Assembly: GCA_028711065.1 (NCBI GenBank)
Contig: JAQTSY010000001.1
Span: 22,610-86,609 of the forward strand
Direction: 5' to 3'
Length of the DNA: 64,000 nt
Source: Minisyncoccota bacterium
GTDB lineage: Bacteria; Patescibacteriota; Minisyncoccia; Phycocordibacterales; JAQTLZ01
Shown here: positions 57,858 through 64,000 of the stretch, one piece after another
How the letters are laid out: each line of letters starts with the position of its first letter
Numbering within the stretch: position 1 is the first letter of the stretch
Notes under the pieces: generated by a model
Database searches by the model: none
Seen by the model: only the letters and a program-made list of their open reading frames with translations
What the model was told of the DNA's origin: nothing
Position numbers and translations under genes: made by a program

Positions 57858-57869
57858 ACTACGAAACTT

Positions 57870-58469
57870 TCACACGATTGCTTGCCAGCGAACTTTTTTA
57901 TCTCCCCAGTACCAGACGATGCTACAAAGTCTGGTGGGGATAAAAATGCCGAGAGCAAAACATGCCATCACGCCCAGAATCGAAGTTGGGAATCCCGGCA
58001 AAGTTGAAAATGCAGAGGTTCCAACAAGGAGAAGTGAAGCTGCCACAATCAATCGGGAGTTACTCCTTATTCTCGATAGCTCCTCGACGTAGTGCGCGGC
58101 AGCCTCTTCCATGTCATCTTCATCAGGGTCATTAAAGACATTGTCACAGAGAAGACACAGGAAGAAGACGAGCGCGGTGGCGGCTGTCTCAATTCCCGCA
58201 ACCAGCACAGACACATCCCATGCATACACACCCAGGACAAAGATCAAAACGCAGGCGACAATGGCTGCGCCGGAAGAAATCCCCCTGAAAAGACCTATGA
58301 GCCGCTCCATGCGTGTGGGGAAATCTTGACTCGTACTGCTGACAGATTGACTGCTCATGACCGTGGCCCTCCCAGGCTCGATTCCAATGCTTAACAGCGC
58401 CAAACAACCTCCATCCAGATTATACCCGCGCACACTTTTGTCAAAGTAGAAAAGGGGATATAATTTCAT
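57870..58469 (-). CDS. hypothetical membrane protein, GC-rich (4-5 TM)
   Basis: Start chosen at 'MKLYPLFYF', which has a 'gaggat' SD 5 nt upstream. Hydrophobic segments and an acidic 'DPDEDDMEE' loop are present. Confidence 0.45.
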   Translation of the reverse strand: MKLYPLFYFDKSVRGYNLDGGCLALLSIGIEPGRATVMSSQSVSSTSQDFPTRMERLIGLFRGISSGAAIVACVLIFVLGVYAWDVSVLVAGIETAATALVFFLCLLCDNVFNDPDEDDMEEAAAHYVEELSRIRSNSRLIVAASLLLVGTSAFSTLPGFPTSILGVMACFALGIFIPTRLCSIVWYWGDKKVRWQAIV

Positions 58470-58491
58470 ATTATCCTCACTTATAAACCCC

Positions 58492-59031
58492 ATGGAACCA
58501 CAAAAACAATCTAAAATATTAAAAGCTTCGCTTATTGCCGCTATTGTTATCGTTATAAATCTTTTCTTTAATTACACCCTTTCGCTTGTTTACAAAGAGC
58601 CGGCATATGACGCGTTCTGTCCAAACACCGCGCAAGTTATAAGCGCGCCTACCAAAGAACAGTGTGTTGCAAATGGGGGCCAGTGGAATGAAAATAATTA
58701 TGGCGGTCCAGTCCCTGTCGGGGAAAAAGCTCCGCAAGGATACTGCGACCAGCAATTTATGTGCAGACAGGCATTTGATACGGCGCAGAAAAATTACGAC
58801 CGAAATGTCTTCATCACTCTTGTCCTTCTCGGAGCCATCATCGTCGCCATCGGAAATTTCCTGAAAGGGAACGGCCTCATCAGTTCCGCGCTCTCACTCG
58901 CCGGAGTGCTCTCATTCATCATCGCATCGGTTCGTTACTGGTCTGCGGCAGATAATCTCATCAAAGTAATCATTCTTGGCATCGCACTTCTCATTCTGCT
59001 GTGGGTAGCCTACAAAAAGTTTAAGAACTAG
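58492..59031 (+). CDS. hypothetical membrane protein with a Cys-rich extracytoplasmic loop
   Basis: Two TM helices flank a ~90-aa segment with 4 Cys ('CPNTAQ...CVANGG...CDQQFMC'). The ATG is embedded in a CATG that is shared head-to-head with a minus-strand Met codon. Confidence 0.45.
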   Translation: MEPQKQSKILKASLIAAIVIVINLFFNYTLSLVYKEPAYDAFCPNTAQVISAPTKEQCVANGGQWNENNYGGPVPVGEKAPQGYCDQQFMCRQAFDTAQKNYDRNVFITLVLLGAIIVAIGNFLKGNGLISSALSLAGVLSFIIASVRYWSAADNLIKVIILGIALLILLWVAYKKFKN

Positions 59032-59067
59032 TGTAGAACTTTTCTATTTGGAGAACTTCATTTTTTC

Positions 59068-62000
59068 TTGTATAGTTTTTGGATGCAAAAGTATGATCAT
59101 CTAAAGATCGAAAGGAAGTGGCAAGCCATTTGGGAAAAGAAAAAACCAAATAAAGCTCTCGACAACTCTTCTAAACCAAAATTCTACGGTCTTATTGAAT
59201 TCCCATATCCATCAGGCGACGGACTTCACGTTGGCCACATCCGCTCTAATACGGCGATGGATATTATCGCCCGGAAACGCCGAGCAGAGGGCTACAACGT
59301 TCTATATCCAATCGGTTGGGATGCATTCGGACTTCCAACAGAGAATTACGCGGTAAAAACAGGAATTCATCCGAAAATCGTTACGAAGCAAAACACCGAC
59401 ACATTCAGGCGCCAGCTCAAAGCGCTCGGCTTTTCTTTTGACTGGACTCGGGAAATAAACACAACGGATCCCGCATACTACCGATGGACGCAGTGGATAT
59501 TTTTACAATTTTTCAAAAAAGGTCTCGCATACAAAAAGAAGATGGAAATAAACTGGTGTCCATCATGTAAGATCGGTTTAGCAAATGAAGAGGTCGTTGA
59601 TGGCAAATGCGAACGCTGTGGAGGACAGACAGAGAAACGAGAAAAAGAACAATGGATGCTTGCGATCACCAAATACGCAGAACGACTAGACAAAGACCTC
59701 GACACAGTTAATTTTCTCGAAAAAATAAAAATTCAGCAGAGAAACTGGATAGGGCGTTCCGAAGGAGCAGAAATAGAATTTCCGCTTGTTACGAATGGCG
59801 AAAAAAAGAGAACTCCAATAAAAATTCTCATCGGAACCCGAAACCCTGCAAAAATAGAAATGATCAAGAAAGGTTTCCCTGCAAATTCCGGAATCACTTT
59901 TCTTTCGCTGAATGACCTGCCGCCGATAGATGATTCTGATCTTGTAGAAGGAAATGATTTTCGCGAAAATGCGCGGATGAAATCTGAATACTATTTCAAA
60001 AAAACCGGCATCCCAACGCTCTCAACGGACCATATCGTTCACCTCGAAAATTGGCCAAAAGACAATGGTTTTATCGTGCACATTCGCAAACTGGCGAATC
60101 CCAAATCGCCTCGAGCGACCGACGAAGAGCTCGCGGAGTGGGTAAGTAAATACGTAAAAAAATCCGGCGAAACGAAGACGACCTATCACTTTGCAATTTC
60201 CGTAACTGATTCAAACGGAACAACAGATTTCGTCGGCGTTCAGAAGCCCTATATGCTCCAAGGAATCCGTTCAAAAGCGCCCAACAACGAAGGATATGTT
60301 TTTGATTCCTTCATGAAAGATAGCGATACGGGTGAGTTTCGAATTGAACAGCCCAATCAAATAGCCTTCGAAAAATTTGAAAAAACGATCCGAGAGGAAA
60401 TATGCCCACACATAACGGGAAAGAGGAATATAAAAGTATTTACTACCCGAGCTGACACCATCTTCAGCGCAGCTTTTCTTATTTTGGCTCCTGAACATGT
60501 ATTAATCCGAACTCTAAAAGAAAAAATTACAAACTTTGCAGAGGTTGCACAATATATTACCCTCGCAAAGAAAAAACCCGAGGTAGAGCGGACAGCGGAA
60601 GGAAAAGATAAAACTGGAGTTGAGCTCAAGGGAATTAAAGCGATAAATCCTGCAGATGGAAAAGAAATTTCTGTGTGGATCTCTGATTTCGTTCTAGCAC
60701 AATACGGCACCGGAGCTGTTTTTGCGGATGCACACGACCAGCGTGATTTTGATTTTGCAAAAAAGTATAATATCCCCCTTACTGCGTCTGTTTTACCAAA
60801 GGATGCGAGCAAGCAGGAAGCTGTAAAAAAACTGGAAGAATGTTTCGAGGGGGAGGGGATTCTTTTCAACTCAAAACAATTTGATGGATTCTCTTCAGCT
60901 GAAGCTCGACCTAAAATCATTGCATGGCTTCAAGAAAAAGGATTTGCTTCGCCTAAAACAACTTTCAAACTCCGCGATTGGGTATTTTCCCGTCAGAGAT
61001 ATTGGGGCGAACCCATTCCACTTATCCACTGTGACAAATGCGCGAAATGGATTCCTGTTCCCGAAAAAGATTTGCCAGTCAAACTTCCTGAAGTAAAAAA
61101 TTATAAGCCCACAGATACAGGAGAATCGCCTTTGGCAGGAATCACAAAATGGGTAAACGTAAAATGTCCCGTCTGTAAGGGACCCGCAAAACGAGAAACT
61201 GACACTATGCCAAACTGGGCCGGTTCATCTTGGTATTATCTGCGATACATTGACCCAAAGAATAAAAAAGTTTTCGCAGACAGAAAAAAGCTTGATTATT
61301 GGACTCCTGTTGATTGGTACAACGGAGGAATGGAGCACACAACCCTTCACCTTTTGTATTCTCGCTTTTGGCATAAATTTTTATTCGATCTCGGCCTTGT
61401 TCCAACAAGCGAACCGTATCAAAAACGCACTTCGCACGGACTTATTCTCGCAGAAGATGGCGGAAAGATGTCCAAATCTCGTCCGGAATCGATCATTAAT
61501 CCCGACAACATCATAAAAAATTATGGTGCGGATACTTTGCGCATCTACGAAATGTTTATGGGTCCATTTGATCAGCCAGTCGTGTGGTCAAGCGAATCAA
61601 TGATCGGCTCGCGAAGATTTCTTGAGAAAATCTGGCGGCTTCAAGAAAAAGTTGCTCCAGATTCCAAGCTGACAGCTGACAGCTCTAACCTGAAAGCTGC
61701 CCTAAATCAGACAATCAAAAAAGTTACCGACGATATTGAAGGCATGAAGTTCAACACGGCGATCAGTTCTATGATGGTACTCCTGAACCGGCTCGAAACT
61801 GAAGAAAAAATCGGAAAAGATGTGTTTGAAACACTCCTCATCCTCGTCGCCCCTTTCGCGCCCCATATCGCAGAAGAATTATGGGCCTTGATCGGCAATA
61901 AAAATGCGATAAGCGATGCGCCATGGCCAAAATACGACAACACGCTTCTTGGAGCATCTTCATTTACCATCGTAGTGCAAGTAAATGGAAAAGTGCGCGG

Positions 62001-62145
62001 AGAATTTAAAGTCGAAAGCGAGATAGGGGAGGAGGAGACGAAGAAAAAGGCTCTTTCACTTCCAGAAACAATGAAGTGGATGGATGGAAAGACCGCGAAA
62101 AAAATTATCTACGTAAAAAATAAATTGGTGAGTATTGTCATCTAA
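59068..62145 (+). CDS. leuS: leucyl-tRNA synthetase with an inserted Ham1/ITPase-like domain
   Basis: 'HVGHIRSNTAMDIIAR' (HIGH), 'KMSKS', 'QRNWIGRSEGAEIEF' and 'VFTTRADTIFSA' are present. About 200 extra residues (59815-60430) lie between the last two motifs. Confidence 0.9.
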   Translation: MYSFWMQKYDHLKIERKWQAIWEKKKPNKALDNSSKPKFYGLIEFPYPSGDGLHVGHIRSNTAMDIIARKRRAEGYNVLYPIGWDAFGLPTENYAVKTGIHPKIVTKQNTDTFRRQLKALGFSFDWTREINTTDPAYYRWTQWIFLQFFKKGLAYKKKMEINWCPSCKIGLANEEVVDGKCERCGGQTEKREKEQWMLAITKYAERLDKDLDTVNFLEKIKIQQRNWIGRSEGAEIEFPLVTNGEKKRTPIKILIGTRNPAKIEMIKKGFPANSGITFLSLNDLPPIDDSDLVEGNDFRENARMKSEYYFKKTGIPTLSTDHIVHLENWPKDNGFIVHIRKLANPKSPRATDEELAEWVSKYVKKSGETKTTYHFAISVTDSNGTTDFVGVQKPYMLQGIRSKAPNNEGYVFDSFMKDSDTGEFRIEQPNQIAFEKFEKTIREEICPHITGKRNIKVFTTRADTIFSAAFLILAPEHVLIRTLKEKITNFAEVAQYITLAKKKPEVERTAEGKDKTGVELKGIKAINPADGKEISVWISDFVLAQYGTGAVFADAHDQRDFDFAKKYNIPLTASVLPKDASKQEAVKKLEECFEGEGILFNSKQFDGFSSAEARPKIIAWLQEKGFASPKTTFKLRDWVFSRQRYWGEPIPLIHCDKCAKWIPVPEKDLPVKLPEVKNYKPTDTGESPLAGITKWVNVKCPVCKGPAKRETDTMPNWAGSSWYYLRYIDPKNKKVFADRKKLDYWTPVDWYNGGMEHTTLHLLYSRFWHKFLFDLGLVPTSEPYQKRTSHGLILAEDGGKMSKSRPESIINPDNIIKNYGADTLRIYEMFMGPFDQPVVWSSESMIGSRRFLEKIWRLQEKVAPDSKLTADSSNLKAALNQTIKKVTDDIEGMKFNTAISSMMVLLNRLETEEKIGKDVFETLLILVAPFAPHIAEELWALIGNKNAISDAPWPKYDNTLLGASSFTIVVQVNGKVRGEFKVESEIGEEETKKKALSLPETMKWMDGKTAKKIIYVKNKLVSIVI

Positions 62146-62327
62146 AAAGCTTAATTTCGGGGTTTTTTAGGGGGTATTTGACATTAAATCAGGAGTATAG
62201 TATTGTAAGGCCATAGGGAATGGGGTCAAAAAGACACTATTTCACAACAGAATTGACTTTATTTCACACAGATGATAGAAAATAGGTATAGAAACCATAA
62301 AGCTTCGTAGATTAAGATTTAAAACAA

Positions 62328-63362
62328 ATGACACCAGCAATCAAATTCAAACCAAAACAGATTACCAAGAAGCTTTTGGGCGTTCTCCCGGCTCGTGCTC
62401 GGGATGTGCTCGTAAGCCGTTTTGGGCTTGGTGCAAAGGCGGAACGAATGACTCTCGAAGCAATCGGAAAAACATACAACATCACTCGAGAACGAGTTCG
62501 ACAGATCGAAAACTACGCGATCCACAACATCAAGAAATCTGAAGGCTACAAGAAAGAAAAGGCTGCTTTTGACGAGCTCGAAGCGATCCTTCACGAAATG
62601 GGCGGATTTGTTGCGGAAGAGGATTTTCTCAATCATCTTGCAAAAGACGCTTCTACCCAGAACCATATCAACTTCCTTATGATTTTGAGCCACAATTTCA
62701 AACGAGAGAAAGAAGACGATGAATTCAAGCACCGATGGTATGTCGATGACGCCCTTTCTGCAAAGGTACACGAATCACTGCGAAAACTGTACAAAAATCT
62801 CGGCGACGACGATATTATTCCGGAATCAGAGATCATCAACACTTTCCTTGACTATGTAAAAGATCTTTCTGATCATTTCAAAAAAGAAGAGATCATTAAA
62901 CGATGGCTTTCGGTTTCAAAAAAGATCGGACGAAATCCAATGGGCGAATGGGGTCTTACATCTTCTCCAAACATCAAAGCGAAAGGAATGAGAGACTATG
63001 CATTTCTCGTTATCCGAAAGCACGGCTCTCCGATCCACTTCACTCAAGTTGCAAAAGCAATTACTGACACCTTCAAAAAGAAGGCTCACGTCGCAACCTG
63101 TCACAACGAACTCATCAAAGATCCTCGATTTGTGCTTGTAGGACGCGGACTCTACGCTCTTTCTGAATGGGGATATCTTTCAGGAGTGGTAAAAGATGTC
63201 ATCAAGAAAGTTCTCGAGAAACACGGACCATTGACCAAACAAGAAATCATCGAAAAAGTGCTCAAAGAACGATATGTCAAGGAGAACACCATTGCGATCA
63301 ATCTCCAAAACTCAAAACACTTTAAGAAAGACAAAGACGCAAAATACTCTCTCGTAGGATAA
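62328..63362 (+). CDS. sigma-70 region-4-like HTH domain protein with an uncharacterised C-terminal domain
   Basis: 'TLEAIGKTYNITRERVRQIENYAI' matches the sigma70 region 4.2 consensus (TLEEVG..F.VTRERIRQIE). The remaining ~270 aa have no motif. Confidence 0.5.
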   Translation: MTPAIKFKPKQITKKLLGVLPARARDVLVSRFGLGAKAERMTLEAIGKTYNITRERVRQIENYAIHNIKKSEGYKKEKAAFDELEAILHEMGGFVAEEDFLNHLAKDASTQNHINFLMILSHNFKREKEDDEFKHRWYVDDALSAKVHESLRKLYKNLGDDDIIPESEIINTFLDYVKDLSDHFKKEEIIKRWLSVSKKIGRNPMGEWGLTSSPNIKAKGMRDYAFLVIRKHGSPIHFTQVAKAITDTFKKKAHVATCHNELIKDPRFVLVGRGLYALSEWGYLSGVVKDVIKKVLEKHGPLTKQEIIEKVLKERYVKENTIAINLQNSKHFKKDKDAKYSLVG

Positions 63363-63462
63363 GAAACAAAAAACTGCCGGCAAGGCGGTTTTTTGTTTTC
63401 CCCGTATCCACCTTTTACAGATGGAAAAACATAGTCCTATGCGATAGAATATAAGGAACCAA

Positions 63463-64000
63463 ATGTCATCAGGCTCCAAAAAACCGGCGATCTTTGATTT
63501 GACGAACAAAGGACTCCTGCCATTCCAGAATTTTATGGTTGGAGTTTTCGCCGTTGTCGCGCTTGTCATCCTCGCTCAATTTCCCGGCGCACTCGAGAAA
63601 ACAATTTCCATTATCTTCGAAACCTCGCCTATTTGGCTTCCTTTGGTTCTTCTTCCACAATTCATGCATATCTGGCTTCACTGGAGGCGCGCAATGTTTC
63701 TTATGGGGCAGGGTTCGGCGCTTATAGAAATCAAATTGCCGAAAGAAATAGTAAAATCTCCCGAGGCAATGGAGCTTGTATTGACAGCACTCTGGCAAAA
63801 GGGAAGTGCCACTTACGTCGAGACCTATTGGAAAGGAAAAGTGAAGCCTTGGTTTTCTTTTGAAATTGTTTCCGAGGACGGAAATATCCGCTTTTACATG
63901 TGGACGTTCAAAAAATTTAAGGAGCTTCTTGTTCACCAACTTTACGGACAATATCCCAACATTGAAATTCTGGATGTGAAGCCTGAAGACGATTACGTCC
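63463..64000 (+). CDS. partial ORF (N-terminus; runs off the window end): membrane-anchored protein, possibly VirB4/TraC-like ATPase N-terminal region
   Basis: Open frame with no stop through 64000. One TM 'FMVGVFAVVALVILAQF' is followed by 'LIEIKLPKEIVKSPEAMELVLTALW...FSFEIVSEDGNIRFYMWT', a pattern that recalls the N-termini of conjugation/T4SS-type ATPases. It is absent from the ORF track because it is unterminated. Confidence 0.3.
   Translation, partial: MSSGSKKPAIFDLTNKGLLPFQNFMVGVFAVVALVILAQFPGALEKTISIIFETSPIWLPLVLLPQFMHIWLHWRRAMFLMGQGSALIEIKLPKEIVKSPEAMELVLTALWQKGSATYVETYWKGKVKPWFSFEIVSEDGNIRFYMWTFKKFKELLVHQLYGQYPNIEILDVKPEDDYV

Noticed and set aside
63469-63951. 160-aa minus-strand ORF at the window end
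   Set aside because: It is antisense to a longer, unterminated + strand ORF (63463 onward) that has a plausible TM segment and a conserved-looking N-terminal pattern. The + frame is preferred.

Overview
This 64-kb window looks like an AT-rich, gene-dense bacterial chromosome segment. About 75 protein genes are almost all on the + strand, with short or overlapping intergenic spacers and weak Shine-Dalgarno sites. The small, mostly housekeeping genes with truncated domains, and the sparse metabolism, suggest a Candidate Phyla Radiation / Patescibacteria-like genome; this is inference only. Recognisable genes include a PduO-type adenosyltransferase, a PfkB kinase, two ABC importer-like ATPase/permease pairs, riboflavin kinase, aminopeptidase N, an MsbA-like exporter, glutamate dehydrogenase, an ECF sigma factor with a co-transcribed anti-sigma candidate, LOG, RsuA/RluB, Tgt, uvrB-uvrA-uvrC, Ddl, tRNA-Ala(UGC), a complete F1Fo ATP synthase operon (atpBEFHAGDC), NUDIX, zwf-pgl, YchF and LeuRS. 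The most unusual feature is an apparent operon at 32.6-41.3 kb: one stand-alone PEP-synthase-type nucleotide-binding (ATP-grasp, PPDK_N) protein is followed by four tandem paralogs. Each paralog joins a unique ~350-aa N-terminal domain to a C-terminal phosphohistidine 'swivel' domain (PEP-utilising mobile domain), and two alpha/beta hydrolases follow. This resembles a split, multi-specificity rifampin-phosphotransferase/PpsA-like phosphotransfer system. Other notable points are a Ham1/ITPase-like domain inserted into LeuRS, a ~175-nt highly base-paired candidate ncRNA between doxX and LOG, and a tRNA-Ala whose 3' end is duplicated in inverted orientation around a terminator palindrome. An orphan soluble histidine kinase and a pseudo-receiver are wedged into the uvrBAC cluster between copies of a palindromic motif. 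At least seven short GC-rich islands, each with its own promoter and terminator signals, interrupt the AT-rich backbone. Among them are a secreted repeat-domain protein with a textbook sigma70 promoter, a SixA-like/carbamoyltransferase pair, and several orphan hypotheticals. No CRISPR array, rRNA or obvious transposase was seen. All functional calls rest on motif recognition by eye, and coordinates of starts are best guesses.
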